Assembly: GCA_041602775.1 (NCBI GenBank)
Contig: JBFIFN010000002.1
Location: 64,200-128,199 of the forward strand
Direction of reading: 5' to 3'
DNA length: 64,000 bases
DNA from: Woeseiaceae bacterium
GTDB taxonomy: Bacteria > Pseudomonadota > Gammaproteobacteria > Steroidobacterales > Woeseiaceae
Each line of letters opens with the position of its first letter. Within the stretch, counting starts at the first letter, position 1. Both the position numbers and the translations under genes were made by a program. The notes under the pieces are model-generated. The model had not been told where the DNA came from and searched no databases. It saw only the letters and a program-made list of their open reading frames with translations. This document shows positions 19,134-30,451 of the stretch, piece by piece.

Positions 19134-19928
19134 TCAGACGGCGACCGCCGCCCTGATGTGCGGATGGGCCTCGTAATTCAGGATTTCGAAGTCTTCGTAG
19201 CGGTAGTCGAAGATGCCCGGCGGGCGACGCTTGATCGCGAGCGTCGGCAAGGGCAGCGGCTTGCGCGACAGCTGTTCGTCGGCCTGGTCGAGATGATTCA
19301 GGTACAGGTGGCAGTCGCCACCCGTCCAGATGAAATCGCCGACACCGAGGTCGGCCTGCTGCGCCAGCATGTGCGTCAGCAGCGCGTACGAAGCGATGTT
19401 GAACGGCACGCCGAGGAAGATATCGCAGCTGCGTTGGTAGAGCTGGCAGCTGAGCTTGCCGTCCGCGACGTAGAACTGGAACAGGCAGTGACACGGCGGC
19501 AGCGCCATGTTGTCGATCTCGGCCACGTTCCAGGCGGACAGGATGATGCGACGCGAATCCGGGTTGTTGCGGAGCTGATCCATGACCTGCGACACCTGGT
19601 CGATCTTGCGGCCGTCCGGCGCCGGCCAGCTGCGCCACTGCACGCCGTAGACGGGGCCGAGATCGCCGTTTTCGTCGGCCCATTCGTCCCAGATCGATAC
19701 GCCGTTCTCCCTGAGATAGCGGATGTTGTTGTCGCCCGAGAGGAACCACAGCAGCTCGTGGATGATCGAGCGGATGTGCAGCTTCTTGGTCGTGACGAGC
19801 GGAAAGCCCTGCGACAGGTCGAAGCGCATCTGGTGGCCGAAAATACTCAGGGTCCCGGTGCCGGTGCGGTCCTCCTTGCGCGCTCCCTGAACGCGCACGA
19901 GCCGCATCATGTCGAGGTATTGCTGCAT
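19134..19928 (-). CDS. thyA: Thymidylate synthase
   Basis: Motifs MQQYLDMM..., [17 protein letters not shown] and [13 protein letters not shown]. Confidence 0.96.
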   Translation of the reverse strand: MQQYLDMMRLVRVQGARKEDRTGTGTLSIFGHQMRFDLSQGFPLVTTKKLHIRSIIHELLWFLSGDNNIRYLRENGVSIWDEWADENGDLGPVYGVQWRSWPAPDGRKIDQVSQVMDQLRNNPDSRRIILSAWNVAEIDNMALPPCHCLFQFYVADGKLSCQLYQRSCDIFLGVPFNIASYALLTHMLAQQADLGVGDFIWTGGDCHLYLNHLDQADEQLSRKPLPLPTLAIKRRPPGIFDYRYEDFEILNYEAHPHIRAAVAV

Positions 19929-19929
19929 G

Positions 19930-20715
19930 TCAGGCCTTGCCCCCCGCGTGCGATCGGTAAGCCATGGCCAGCATGATAGCGCCCGCCACGATCATCGGCA
20001 CGGTCAGCACCTGGCCCATCGTGATCCAGCCCTGCGACAGGTAGCCGAGGTGGGCGTCGGGCACGCGGTAGAACTCGATCAAGAAGCGAAACACGCCGTA
20101 GAGGAGCAGGAAGAGCCCCGACAGGGCCATGTAGGGCCGGGGACTTGCCGAGTACCACCACAGGATGGCAAACAGCACGAAGCCCTCGAGGGCCGACTCA
20201 TACAGCTGCGAGGGATGCAGGACCTGCCCGTCAACGAGGAATCCCCAGGGGACATCGGTCGGCTTGCCCCACAGCTCGCCGTTGATGAAATTGCCGATAC
20301 GGCCGAAACCGAGGCCCAGCGGCACGAGCGGCGCGACGAAGTCGGTCATGCGCCACATCGTGTGGCCCAGCTTGCGGCCATACAGCCACATGGCGATCAG
20401 CACGCCCGCAAGTCCGCCGTGAAAGGACATGCCGCCCTCGGTGATCCGGAACAGGTAAAACGGGTCCGAGAACAGCTGGTCCGTGCCGTAGAAGAGCGCG
20501 TAGCCGATGCGCCCGCCCAGGATGACGCCCAGCATCGAGTAGAATACGAGGTCGTCGACCTGGTCCGGTGTCACCGGCGAGTCCGTCCGCCTGCAGCGGC
20601 GCCTGGCGAGCCACCACGCTAGCACGAAACCGACCACGTACATCAGCCCGTACCAGCGAATCTTGAGGAACCCGATCGAAAAGATTACCGGATCGATCTC
20701 CGGGTATGTCAGCAT
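19930..20715 (-). CDS. lgt: Prolipoprotein diacylglyceryl transferase
   Basis: The internal ATG (complement of 20713-20715) gives [26 protein letters not shown].. Also [13 protein letters not shown]. lgt-thyA linkage. Confidence 0.92.
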   Translation of the reverse strand: MLTYPEIDPVIFSIGFLKIRWYGLMYVVGFVLAWWLARRRCRRTDSPVTPDQVDDLVFYSMLGVILGGRIGYALFYGTDQLFSDPFYLFRITEGGMSFHGGLAGVLIAMWLYGRKLGHTMWRMTDFVAPLVPLGLGFGRIGNFINGELWGKPTDVPWGFLVDGQVLHPSQLYESALEGFVLFAILWWYSASPRPYMALSGLFLLLYGVFRFLIEFYRVPDAHLGYLSQGWITMGQVLTVPMIVAGAIMLAMAYRSHAGGKA

Positions 20716-20761
20716 GGCGTCCCGCTTAGCATCCAGGAAGACCGGTATCATAGAGCAATCC

Positions 20762-22801
20762 ATGTCGAATCGCCTCGCCAAAGAATCCAGCCCCTATTTG
20801 CTGCAACACGCCGACAATCCCGTCGACTGGTACCCGTGGGGTGACGAGGCCTTCGCGCTGGCCGCGGCGTCCGGCAAACCCGTGTTGCTGTCGATCGGCT
20901 ACTCCGCGTGCCACTGGTGCCACGTCATGGCGCACGAGTCCTTCGAGGACGATGCGACAGCGGCGCTCATGAACACACTGTTTGTCAACGTCAAGGTCGA
21001 CCGCGAAGAGCGCCCGGACATCGACAAGATCTACCAGACAGCGCACCAGTTGATTACCCAGCGCCCGGGGGGCTGGCCGCTGACGATGTTTCTCGACGGC
21101 GACGATCGCAGACCGTTCTTCGGCGGCACCTATTTTCCCCGGGACGCGCGTTACGGCATGCCCGCATTCGGCGACCTGCTGCAGAAGATCGCCGACCACT
21201 ACGCACAGAATCGAGACGACGTCCGCGCCCAGGGCGAGCGCATGCTCGAGGTCTTCGCGCAGCTCGATCCGGCGCCCGCGGACGACATCGCTTTTTCCGC
21301 GGAGCCGCTGGCCAAGGCGCGCGCCACGCTGGCGCAGAATTTCGACCGTGAGTACGGCGGCTTCGGCGGCGCACCGAAGTTTCCCCACCCGACGACCATC
21401 GATCGCATGCTGCGCCACTGGCGCAGCACGGTCGCCGATGCCGAACCCGACGTCGAGGCCCTGTACATGGCCGCGCTGACGCTCGCGCGCATGGCCGAAG
21501 GCGGCCTGTTCGACCACCTGGGCGGCGGCTTCTACCGCTACTCGGTCGACCGCTACTGGCAGATTCCGCATTTCGAGAAAATGCTCTATGACAACGGACC
21601 GCTGCTCGCCGTGTACGCGCAAGCGGCCATAGCGACGGGGGAAAGGCTGTTCGCCGACACGGCCAACGCGACGGCCGACTGGATGCTCGCCGACATGCAG
21701 GATGCCAACGGCGGGTTCTACGCGACCCTCGATGCCGACTCCGAAGGCCATGAGGGCCTCTACTACCTGTGGGAGCCCGACGAGGTTCGCACGATCCTCG
21801 GCGACGACTACGCGGTATTCGCGCGCCGCTTCGGGCTCGACCAGGCTGCGAATTTCGAAGGCCGATGGCACCTCACCGTGCGGCAGGAAATCAGCGACGA
21901 CGAGATAGCGGCGATCGGCAGGGCGAAAACAGCGCTCCTCGAGCGTCGCGCGATACGCGTCCCGCCCGGGCGCGATGAAAAACAGCTGACGTCGTGGAAC
22001 GCGCTGGCCATTCGCGGCCTTGCCATCGCAGGACGCACGCTCGGCCGGCCCGAACTCGTCGACGCGGCCGCGAGCGCCGTCGACTTCCTCGGCGCCAGGA
22101 TGTTCCGCGACGGACGTCTTTTCGCCAGCTTCAAGGACGGCGAGGCGAAGTTCATGGCCTACCTCGACGACCACGCGTTCCTGCTCGACGCCCTGCTCGA
22201 ATTACTGCAGGCGCGCTGGAATTCAGCGCATCTTGCGCTCGCGGAACAGGTGGCCGGGATAATGTTGCGGCATTTCCAGGACCGCGATAGCGGCGGCTTC
22301 TGGTTCACGGCCGATGACCACGAGCAGCTCATTCATCGCAGCAAGCCCTTCGCTGACGAAGCGGTGCCCTCCGGCAATGGCGTCGCCGCGTTTGCGCTGC
22401 AGCGCCTCGGCTTCCTGCTCGGCGAAACTCGCTACCTGGACGCGGCCGAGTCGGCGCTGAGCGCCGCCTGGCGCGCCATGGACGAGTATCCGCACGGCCA
22501 CGTGAGCCTGCTCGCAGCGCTCGAGGAATACCTCGAGCACCCCGAAATTGTCGTCATCCGCGGACCGCAGGACGAGATCGACAGCTGGCGGGATTCAGCG
22601 GCAAAAGTGTATGCGCCGAGGCGCCTCGTATATGCCATCCCCGCCGATGAAACCGGGCTGCCCGGCGCGTTGGCCGACCGCGCCCCGCTCGACGGCCAGA
22701 CCGTGGCCTATCGCTGCCTGGGTACGCACTGCGAAATGCCGGTAACGACGTGGGAAGCGCTCGCGGCGCAGCTCGCGAGCAGCGAGACGCCTCAGGGATA
22801 G
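20762..22801 (+). CDS. Thioredoxin-domain protein, DUF255/YyaL family (N-terminal Trx fold + alpha/alpha-toroid)
   Basis: ATG at 20762. Motifs [18 protein letters not shown] and [13 protein letters not shown], typical of the family. Confidence 0.85.
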   Translation: MSNRLAKESSPYLLQHADNPVDWYPWGDEAFALAAASGKPVLLSIGYSACHWCHVMAHESFEDDATAALMNTLFVNVKVDREERPDIDKIYQTAHQLITQRPGGWPLTMFLDGDDRRPFFGGTYFPRDARYGMPAFGDLLQKIADHYAQNRDDVRAQGERMLEVFAQLDPAPADDIAFSAEPLAKARATLAQNFDREYGGFGGAPKFPHPTTIDRMLRHWRSTVADAEPDVEALYMAALTLARMAEGGLFDHLGGGFYRYSVDRYWQIPHFEKMLYDNGPLLAVYAQAAIATGERLFADTANATADWMLADMQDANGGFYATLDADSEGHEGLYYLWEPDEVRTILGDDYAVFARRFGLDQAANFEGRWHLTVRQEISDDEIAAIGRAKTALLERRAIRVPPGRDEKQLTSWNALAIRGLAIAGRTLGRPELVDAAASAVDFLGARMFRDGRLFASFKDGEAKFMAYLDDHAFLLDALLELLQARWNSAHLALAEQVAGIMLRHFQDRDSGGFWFTADDHEQLIHRSKPFADEAVPSGNGVAAFALQRLGFLLGETRYLDAAESALSAAWRAMDEYPHGHVSLLAALEEYLEHPEIVVIRGPQDEIDSWRDSAAKVYAPRRLVYAIPADETGLPGALADRAPLDGQTVAYRCLGTHCEMPVTTWEALAAQLASSETPQG

Positions 22802-23736
22802 GCTCTCAGCGTTGCACCCATCGTCGGCTGGACGCTGTTGCCGCGCGACGTGCGGAACCGTACCGGCAGGGACTCGACCCCCATCCCGAGGTTGCGCAGC
22901 ACCGCGAAATGCAGATGCGGGCCGCTCGTAAACCCCGTGTTGCCCGAATCGGCAAGGTACTCGCCGGCGACGACGCGGTCCCCTGGCGCGACACGGATGG
23001 TATTCCAGTTGAGGTGCGCATAGACGGCATAGGTGCCATCGTCGTGCAGGATTCGTACGAGATTGGCGAGGTCCGCGTAGCGCGCCTCGTCCGGGCCGCC
23101 ACTGAAGTTCGTCGTTGCGACGTCGAAGACGATACCGTCGCGTGCCGCAACGACATCCGTGCCGACGGGCATTGCGAAATCGACGGCGTGCATGCTGTCC
23201 CGGGTGCGGTGCGTCGTCGAGACCGGATACGCCTGCGTCACGTCATAGGCCGCGCCGACCGCGTATGGCAGGCGGTAGGTCGCGTCGTCGTCGGGCTGTG
23301 CGGCCGGGTCGCCGGGGACCAATTCGAAGCGATAGCGGACGAACGGCGCTGCGACGTTGCCCATCACCGGCAGTTCCAGCAGCACGAGATCCGAGCGAGC
23401 GGGCACGAGCCAGCGCAGGTCGTCATCCGGATGGGGATAGTCGACGCCCTCGATACTGTCGAAAACGAGACCGACCTCGATGGGCGCGTGGAAGCGATTG
23501 CTCGCCACGATGCGAACGCCCGAACCCGTGAACGAGTCCGCCACGCTCAGCCCTCCGGGTTCCGCGCGCCGCCCCAGGGGTTGCGCCTCGGCACGGCTGC
23601 GGTCGGCCGGCGGACGGTCGGAGTAAATCCACTCACCGTCATCGCCACGATACTTGTACAGCGTCTGGGCGGACGCGAGGCCGCACAGCAACAGCGTCGA
23701 TACGATCGTCAGAACCAGCGTGCGGTCAGGAACCAA
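22792..23736 (-). CDS. Secreted M23-family metallopeptidase with N-terminal DUF4124-like segment
   Basis: Signal peptide. [18 protein letters not shown] (DUF4124-like). M23 metal ligands [11 protein letters not shown] and [15 protein letters not shown]. Its start overlaps the upstream protease gene by 11 nt. Confidence 0.85.
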   Translation of the reverse strand: MVPDRTLVLTIVSTLLLCGLASAQTLYKYRGDDGEWIYSDRPPADRSRAEAQPLGRRAEPGGLSVADSFTGSGVRIVASNRFHAPIEVGLVFDSIEGVDYPHPDDDLRWLVPARSDLVLLELPVMGNVAAPFVRYRFELVPGDPAAQPDDDATYRLPYAVGAAYDVTQAYPVSTTHRTRDSMHAVDFAMPVGTDVVAARDGIVFDVATTNFSGGPDEARYADLANLVRILHDDGTYAVYAHLNWNTIRVAPGDRVVAGEYLADSGNTGFTSGPHLHFAVLRNLGMGVESLPVRFRTSRGNSVQPTMGATLRAYP

Positions 23737-26524
23737 GGTCCACGCGCCTCCAGCCGCTTGCAGTGCGCTGAATCTCGTAGGCCGGCCAGTACTGCGTATC
23801 CAGCTTCAGCGTTATGACCTCGGCCGTATCGTTCCAGGATACGGTCTTGAGCCGCACCGAATCACGATGATCGAGATCCTTGACGGCGTCGATGAAAGCC
23901 TGCAGATCGGGAGTCGGCTGTTCATTGACCTCAACCACCCGCCGGCCTGCCCAGAGCCCATAACGCGTGGCCGGGGAGCCGTAGCTGAAGTAAGCAACGT
24001 AGACGCCTTCGGTCGAGACGCCGCGCTGCGCCGCCATGGCGCGGTGAGGCTCCTGGATCAGGGCGCCGGCCCAGGAAATCGCGCGCGCGATGCCGCCGCC
24101 ATCCAGCGCGGCCGTCCTGACGGGAATCTCGAGGACCTCGCCGTTACGCCAGACGGTCACCCTGACCTCCGGTTTCTGCACGGCATGTTCGAGTTCTCTG
24201 AAGGACGTTACGACGTCGCCGTCGATGGCGAGGACCATGTCGCCGTTCTCGAGCAGTTCGGATGCCGCCGAGCCCGCGACGAGCCGAGTCACGGAGAGCG
24301 CGCGACGGCGCACCGGGTTGTTCTCCTCCAGTCGCCTGACCCAGTCCTCGTCGACGCCCATCTTGCGGGCGGCAAACAGGGGCGCATAGACGAACTCGGC
24401 CTCGAGCGAATAGAACGGTCTGCCTTCGCGGACCGTGTTCACGAATTGCTGCGCCACCTCGGAGCCGACACCGCGGTTGAATTGCGCGGACTCCCCGCCG
24501 CTCTGCGTGGCAAAACTCGACCACGTGGCCAGCACTTCGCCGCGCTTGTTCACGATGACGCCATCGACGTCACCGGGCGCGTTGACGAGCGAAATGCCTT
24601 CGATGTTGCTGTCGCGAAAGCGCAGCGTGCGCGACAGCGGCAGGACAAGGGGATCGACCGATGCCACCGTGCTCTCCTGGTGGACGAGCTGATGGTCACC
24701 CTTGATGCCAACGACCCAGACCTTCTCTCCGGGGCGCAGCGTTGCGGTATTGAACGTGGCAGCGCGCACCGGCGTGCTGCCGATGCTGGCGGGATCGTAG
24801 GAAACGATCGCGTAATTGTGCAGCGGGTGCAGCTGCTCGATCTTTCCTTTCACCTCCAGTGATCCGGCAAAGGTAATCGACACGTCGCCAATCGCGATGG
24901 GCACCGTATTACGGTCCACGAGCACGTAGCCGCGCTCCCTGTCGACAACCAGGCCCGTGCCGTAGTAATGGCGATCGGCCACGCCCGACAGCGTGTACGG
25001 AAGGTCGAATGTGACGACGACCAGCGACGGCGCGATCGCGTTGACGATGGGATCCTTGTACTTCGTCAGCCGCGTGCTGCCTTGTTCGGGCGCCGCCGCC
25101 GCAGGGCCCTCGGCGAGTTCGCGGCATGGCCAGACGCCCAGCGCATCGTCGCGCGAGCAGCGGCGCGACGGAAACCAGGTACGGTCCATTTCCAGGAGGC
25201 GAACCACGGGGTTTTGCGGGTTCTCCATCGTCACGTACCGCAGTAGCGCGCGCTCACCGTTCGCCAGGCCCGCCAGCGCCGCCTCGAAATCGTCCAGCGT
25301 GGCTGTCGGCTCACCGCCCACCTCGATGATGACAGCGCCCCTCGGTACGGCTGCCCGCGACAGCAGGTAACCCGGGTTGGCGACGTAGATACCGCTGGCC
25401 GGCCGGTTGTAATGCCGCGCCTGCTGGTAGGAGAGCTGGTTGACGACGGCGTCGCCGAACTCGAGATACTCGTCGGGCGTAATGGCATGCAGGTCCGCGA
25501 CCTCGATACGGGCCTCGATGCGGCGACCGCCCCGCTCGACCGTCACGTCGATCTCCTGGCCGACGTGGTTGTCCAGGATGGCAGCCAGCGGCACGAATTC
25601 GGTCACGAGTTCGTCGTTGACGCGGATCAGGATATCGCCCGGCGAGAGCACGCCGGCGGCCGGCGACTCCGGAATGACCTGCTCCACGGTCAGCATGCCA
25701 GTCTGGTCCGGGTAGCGGCGTCGCGCAAGCGTCTCCGACGCCTCGGTCAGCCCCAGGCGGCGCAGTTCGTCAAAGGGCTCGCTGCGGAACGTCGTCTGCA
25801 GGGTACCGCGCGTGACCGGCTCCCCGTTCTGCAATTTGCGCAACGCGCGCTCGACGCGGTCGAGCGGCAGGAAGAAGCTGCTGGCCGCCGAGCTGTTGGC
25901 GCCGGCGTTGAGCGCCACGACCTCGCCGTCGATATTGACCACCGGCGATCCCGACGATCCGCCAGAGGTGCCGGAGGCAGCCTGCAGGTAGAAGGTATTG
26001 AAGTCGTTGTACTTCCCGCGACCGTATTCCGGGGCCTTGCGATCGAGGCGCGCGATGGTGCCGGCGAGAATCGACAGCTGCTCGCCGGCATCGTTGCCGA
26101 TGACGCGGATCTCCTTGCCGATCCCGGCGCCGCCGGGTGCGAGCGGCAGCTCGACGGGCTCGATGTACCTCAGCGCCGCAGGGTCGTAGCGAAAGAAACC
26201 GAAGTCGTGCACCGGGTCGCGATACACAGGCGTGAGTTCGACTTCCTCGTTGTTGCGGAACACGGCTTCGGCGATGACCGGACCGGGGGTGACGACGTGT
26301 CGATTCGTCAGAATGAGGCCGCGCTCGGCGTCGACGACAAAACCCGTCGCCTGGCTCGAGGTGTTCCATTCGGTGTCGAACGCGCGCGTGGAATCGACGC
26401 GAATGGACACTACACCGGACGAAATCCGCTCGAGCGTCTGGGTCCACGCCGGCTCTTCTGCCGCCGATGTCGGTGAGGCAACGATGAGCGCAACGAGCGC
26501 CGCGATAATCCTGCTCTGAATCAT
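23726..26524 (-). CDS. Nma111-like duplicated HtrA-type serine protease with multiple PDZ-like domains (932 aa)
   Basis: Signal peptide. The first half carries the trypsin-fold triad contexts TNRHVV, VHDFGFF and GTSGGSSGSPVV. PDZ-like segments are present (..VIPESPAAGVLSPGDILIRVN.., ..AAVPRGAVIIEVGG..). The second half repeats the architecture with substituted catalytic positions. Confidence 0.8.
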   Translation of the reverse strand: MIQSRIIAALVALIVASPTSAAEEPAWTQTLERISSGVVSIRVDSTRAFDTEWNTSSQATGFVVDAERGLILTNRHVVTPGPVIAEAVFRNNEEVELTPVYRDPVHDFGFFRYDPAALRYIEPVELPLAPGGAGIGKEIRVIGNDAGEQLSILAGTIARLDRKAPEYGRGKYNDFNTFYLQAASGTSGGSSGSPVVNIDGEVVALNAGANSSAASSFFLPLDRVERALRKLQNGEPVTRGTLQTTFRSEPFDELRRLGLTEASETLARRRYPDQTGMLTVEQVIPESPAAGVLSPGDILIRVNDELVTEFVPLAAILDNHVGQEIDVTVERGGRRIEARIEVADLHAITPDEYLEFGDAVVNQLSYQQARHYNRPASGIYVANPGYLLSRAAVPRGAVIIEVGGEPTATLDDFEAALAGLANGERALLRYVTMENPQNPVVRLLEMDRTWFPSRRCSRDDALGVWPCRELAEGPAAAAPEQGSTRLTKYKDPIVNAIAPSLVVVTFDLPYTLSGVADRHYYGTGLVVDRERGYVLVDRNTVPIAIGDVSITFAGSLEVKGKIEQLHPLHNYAIVSYDPASIGSTPVRAATFNTATLRPGEKVWVVGIKGDHQLVHQESTVASVDPLVLPLSRTLRFRDSNIEGISLVNAPGDVDGVIVNKRGEVLATWSSFATQSGGESAQFNRGVGSEVAQQFVNTVREGRPFYSLEAEFVYAPLFAARKMGVDEDWVRRLEENNPVRRRALSVTRLVAGSAASELLENGDMVLAIDGDVVTSFRELEHAVQKPEVRVTVWRNGEVLEIPVRTAALDGGGIARAISWAGALIQEPHRAMAAQRGVSTEGVYVAYFSYGSPATRYGLWAGRRVVEVNEQPTPDLQAFIDAVKDLDHRDSVRLKTVSWNDTAEVITLKLDTQYWPAYEIQRTASGWRRVDLGS

Positions 26525-26645
26525 AAATGTCCTGGATGCTGCGAGGCCCCGAATACTCTCGACTGCTGCGGGCCGCAGCGGTTCCCCATTTCAGCAGAAT
26601 CGGGCGCCGCGCGCGACCTCACGGGTCACACCGCCGGGTGCGGAA

Positions 26646-28109
26646 TCAGTCCGGGACGTAGCGCAGGTCGAGTTCGCGCGCCGCCTTGACGTCGTCGAGA
26701 CGCCGCACGGGCATCGTGTACGGTGCTTCCTTGTACTGCACGCCTTCTTCCCGCGCAGCTCGGGCGATGTCGATCATCGCTGCGACGAAATTATCGAGCG
26801 TCTCCTTGCTCTCGGTCTCCGTCGGCTCGATCAGCAGGCACTCCGGCACGAGCAGCGGGAAGTAAGTCGTCGGCGCATGGAAATTCCGATCCAGCAGCGC
26901 CTTGGCCATGTCCATGGCCGTCAGGTGCAGTTCCTTCGCCTCGCGCTTCAGCGTCACGATGAACTCGTGGCTGGCACGACGTTCCGGGAACGCGAGTTCG
27001 AAGCCGGCATCGCGCAGCTTCGCCATCAGGTAGTTGGCATTCAGCGTCGCGTACTCGGCGACACGCTCCATGCCGTCCCGGCCCAGCATGCGCATGTAGA
27101 CGTAGGCGCGCAGCAGCACGCCGGCGTTGCCCATGAACCCCGACAGGCGCCCTATGGACTGCGGAATGTCGTTCTCTGCAGCCCAGTCATAGAAGTCCGA
27201 GCCATCGACTTCGGTCTTCTTGACGACCGGGATGGGCAGGAAGGGCAGCAGGCGGTCATTGACGCCTACGGCACCGGAACCCGGCCCGCCACCGCCGTGC
27301 GGCGTGGAGAATGTCTTGTGGAGATTCATGTGGATGACGTCGAAGTCCATGTCACCCGGTCGAACCTTGCCGAGAATCGCGTTCAGGTTGGCCCCGTCGT
27401 AGTAGAGCAAGCCGCCCGCGTCGTGAACACGATCGGCGATTTCCTTGATATGCCGCTCGAATACGCCCAGCGTCGAGGGGTTGGTCAGCATGATGCCCGC
27501 CGTCTGCGGCCCGAGCGCGGCCTCCAGGGCATCCATATCGACGTCGCCGTCGGGCCCGGTCGGAATCTCCCTGACGGCGCAGCCGCACATCGTCGCCGTC
27601 GCCGGGTTGGTACCGTGGGCGGCGTCCGGCACGATGATCTCCGTGCGTTCCGTATCGCCGCGCGAACGATGATAGGCCATGATCATCGCGACACCGGCGA
27701 GTTCGCCCTGTGCCCCCGCCATCGGCGTCAGCGAGACGCCCTGCATGCCCGTTACTTCCTTGAGCATCTGCTGCAGCTCGTACATGCAGGAGAGAAATCC
27801 CTGGCCGTGCGTTACCGGTCCCAGCGGATGGCGGCCGGCGAATTCGGGCAACAGGGCGAGCGCGTTGCAGGCCCGCGGGTTGTATTTCATCGTGCACGAG
27901 CCGAGCGGATAGAACTGCGTATCGATCGAGAAGTTCTTCCGCGACAGGCGCGTGAAGTGCCTCACCGCCTGCAGTTCCGACACCTCGGGCAGACGCGGCC
28001 TGTCCGTCCGCAAAAACTGCGCGGGGATCGACGTTTCGCCAGCCTCGGCCGGAGCCTGTGCGAATGCGCGACGGCCGTTGCGCGATTTTTCGAATATCAG
28101 TTCGCTCAT
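26646..28109 (-). CDS. gcvPB: Glycine dehydrogenase (decarboxylating) subunit 2
   Basis: PLP-Lys context [16 protein letters not shown]. Two-subunit P-protein arrangement. Confidence 0.95.
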   Translation of the reverse strand: MSELIFEKSRNGRRAFAQAPAEAGETSIPAQFLRTDRPRLPEVSELQAVRHFTRLSRKNFSIDTQFYPLGSCTMKYNPRACNALALLPEFAGRHPLGPVTHGQGFLSCMYELQQMLKEVTGMQGVSLTPMAGAQGELAGVAMIMAYHRSRGDTERTEIIVPDAAHGTNPATATMCGCAVREIPTGPDGDVDMDALEAALGPQTAGIMLTNPSTLGVFERHIKEIADRVHDAGGLLYYDGANLNAILGKVRPGDMDFDVIHMNLHKTFSTPHGGGGPGSGAVGVNDRLLPFLPIPVVKKTEVDGSDFYDWAAENDIPQSIGRLSGFMGNAGVLLRAYVYMRMLGRDGMERVAEYATLNANYLMAKLRDAGFELAFPERRASHEFIVTLKREAKELHLTAMDMAKALLDRNFHAPTTYFPLLVPECLLIEPTETESKETLDNFVAAMIDIARAAREEGVQYKEAPYTMPVRRLDDVKAARELDLRYVPD

Positions 28110-28136
28110 GTGTTCTTCCCGGGCCAGTCGGCCCTC

Positions 28137-28667
28137 CTACGTATCGATGTCTATGCCCAGCGCACGGAAAGCGGCCTTGTAGTCAGGCTCGGCGCCGATG
28201 TCCTCGATGTGCTCGCGATGCACGATCGAATTGTTCTCGTCGATGACCATGACGGCCGGCGAATACATGCCCGCCAGCGGACCGTCGAGGATCAATACGC
28301 CGTAGTTTTCGCCGAAACCGGCATGACGAATCGCGGAAAGCCCTTCGACGCATTGCAGGTCGTGCGCCTTGCGAAAGCGGCTGTGCGCGAACGGCAGGTC
28401 GTAGGTCACGACCAGCATGGCCAGGTCCTTGCATCCCGCGGCATACTCGTCGAAACGAATCACGCTGCGCGCAAAAACTTCGGTATCCACGCTCACGCCG
28501 ATGAACATGATCTTTCGCAGTCCGGCAAAATTGGCGAGCGACACGTTCTGCAGCTTGGTGTTCACCAGGGATACATCCGGCGCATACGTGCCGATACGCG
28601 GCAGCTCACCGTACGTCTGGTAGCTCGTGTTGTCGTAGCGAATCTTCGCAACAATCGTGCCCGACAT
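28137..28667 (-). CDS. Thiol peroxidase (Tpx)-like protein lacking both catalytic cysteines
   Basis: Start ATG (complement of 28665-28667) overlaps the gcvPA TGA (ATGA). Tpx-like throughout (..DLPFAHSRF.., ..DGPLAG..AVMVIDENN.., ..EPDYKAAF..). However it has SVDTEVF where Tpx has SIDTGVC, and SRFRK where Tpx has SRFCG. Confidence 0.8.
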   Translation of the reverse strand: MSGTIVAKIRYDNTSYQTYGELPRIGTYAPDVSLVNTKLQNVSLANFAGLRKIMFIGVSVDTEVFARSVIRFDEYAAGCKDLAMLVVTYDLPFAHSRFRKAHDLQCVEGLSAIRHAGFGENYGVLILDGPLAGMYSPAVMVIDENNSIVHREHIEDIGAEPDYKAAFRALGIDIDT

Positions 28668-30013
28668 CAGACCATGGCCTCCCGGAAGGCCGCAACGCAT
28701 CGGTCGATGTCGTCATCGGTCTTCGTTTCCGTTGCGCAAACGAGCAGTGCATCGGTCCCGGCGTATTCGGTCAGGTCGAAGCCGCCGAGGATGTTCTTCC
28801 CCGCGAGTGCCGCGAGGACAGGCGCCACCGGGCGATCGAACCTGAGCGCCACCTCGTGGAAAAACGGCCCGCCGTACAGGCGCTCGATGCCGTCGATCGC
28901 GCACAGGCCATCGACGAGGCGCGTCGTGTTGGCGTGCGACCGCCGGGCCACGCGTGCAATACCATCGAAGCCGAGCAGCGACATGTAGATCGTCGCTGCG
29001 GTCACCATGAGGCCCTGGTTGGTGCAGATATTGGACGTTGCTTTGGTGCGGCGAATGTGCTGTTCGCGCGCCTGCAGTGTGAGTGCAAAACCGGGATTGC
29101 CGTCGAGATCGGTCGTGCGGCCGACGATGCGTCCCGGCATCTGTCGCACGTGCTGTTGCTTGCACGTCATGTAGCCGAAGTACGGCCCGCCCGACGACAG
29201 GGGCACACCCAACGGCTGTCCCTCACCGCAGGCGATATCGACGCCGTCGGCGCCCCAGTGTCCCGGCGCTTTCATGAGGGCGAGTGACGTCGGGTTGGCG
29301 ATACCGATCGCCAGCGCGCCTTGCGCGTGGGCCCAGTCGGTCAGGCGGTCGACGTCCTCGAGCGTACCCGGGAAAGCAGGCTGCTGCATAACGACACCGA
29401 CGGGTTTGCGGCCGTCAGGCAGCTCGTCGAACGCCACGTTGCCGGAGGCGGGGTCCTGTGGCAGCCATTCGAAGGTCAGTCCCTGCCCCCCGGCGATGGC
29501 CTCGGCTACCTTTTCGTAGACAGGATTCACGCCCGGAGCCAGCAGGATGAGGTTCGTCTTGACCTTGCGATTGGCGCGCACGGCCATGAGCGCGGCTTCG
29601 GCGAGACCCGAAGCGCCGTCGTACAGCGACGCGTTGCTGACATCGAGCCCGGTCAGCTCCGTGATCATCGTCTGGTATTCATAGATCGTCTGCAGCGTGC
29701 CCTGGCTTGCCTCCGCCTGGTACGGCGTGTAGGCGCTGTAATACTCGCCACGCGTCGCTATATCCCAGACAGCCGTCGGGATGTGGTGCTCGTAGGCGCC
29801 GGCCCCGATGAAGGAGAGGGGTGCGCCGTCCCTGGCGGCACGCTCGCGCATCAGGCGCGAGATTTCCATCTCGCCGAGCGCCTCGGGGATGGCATCGAGG
29901 TGTTCGATACGAAGTTCTTTCGGAATTTCGTCGAACAGGTCCTCGATGGACTCGGCGCCAATGGCATCGAGCATCTCCCGGGTGTCTTTCTCCGTGTGCG
30001 GAATAAATGGCAT
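28667..30013 (-). CDS. gcvPA: Glycine dehydrogenase (decarboxylating) subunit 1
   Basis: Typical GcvPA N-terminus [19 protein letters not shown].. 448 aa. Adjacent to gcvH. Confidence 0.95.
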   Translation of the reverse strand: MPFIPHTEKDTREMLDAIGAESIEDLFDEIPKELRIEHLDAIPEALGEMEISRLMRERAARDGAPLSFIGAGAYEHHIPTAVWDIATRGEYYSAYTPYQAEASQGTLQTIYEYQTMITELTGLDVSNASLYDGASGLAEAALMAVRANRKVKTNLILLAPGVNPVYEKVAEAIAGGQGLTFEWLPQDPASGNVAFDELPDGRKPVGVVMQQPAFPGTLEDVDRLTDWAHAQGALAIGIANPTSLALMKAPGHWGADGVDIACGEGQPLGVPLSSGGPYFGYMTCKQQHVRQMPGRIVGRTTDLDGNPGFALTLQAREQHIRRTKATSNICTNQGLMVTAATIYMSLLGFDGIARVARRSHANTTRLVDGLCAIDGIERLYGGPFFHEVALRFDRPVAPVLAALAGKNILGGFDLTEYAGTDALLVCATETKTDDDIDRCVAAFREAMV

Positions 30014-30023
30014 CAGATCGTTC

Positions 30024-30416
30024 TCAGTCGTCCAGCTCGTCGAGCATTTCCTGGTAGGCGTCCGGCGTCATGAGATCGCCTTCGTCGAAGTCGCTGGCGT
30101 CGATGCGCACGATCCAGCCATCGCCGTAGGGATCGGCATTGATCTTCTCGGGATCGTCGGCCAGCTCCTCGTTGACGGCCGTGACGCTGCCCGCAACCGG
30201 TGCATACACGTCGGATGCGGCCTTGACCGACTCGACGACGGCCATCTCGCCGCCCGCGTCCACGTCCTGGCCCACTTCGGGCAGCTCGACGTACACGAGG
30301 TCGCCCAGCGAATTGGCGGCGTGCTCGGTGATGCCCACCGTCACGCTGCCGTCAGACTCGCGGCGCAGCCACTCATGATCGTTGGTGTAGAGGAGATCCC
30401 CCGGCAATTCACTCAT
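30024..30416 (-). CDS. gcvH: Glycine cleavage system H protein
   Basis: Lipoyl-lysine motif [13 protein letters not shown]. 130 aa. Confidence 0.96.
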   Translation of the reverse strand: MSELPGDLLYTNDHEWLRRESDGSVTVGITEHAANSLGDLVYVELPEVGQDVDAGGEMAVVESVKAASDVYAPVAGSVTAVNEELADDPEKINADPYGDGWIVRIDASDFDEGDLMTPDAYQEMLDELDD

Positions 30417-30451
30417 TGTGTTACTCCCTTGACGTTTTCTCTCGCCCGACG

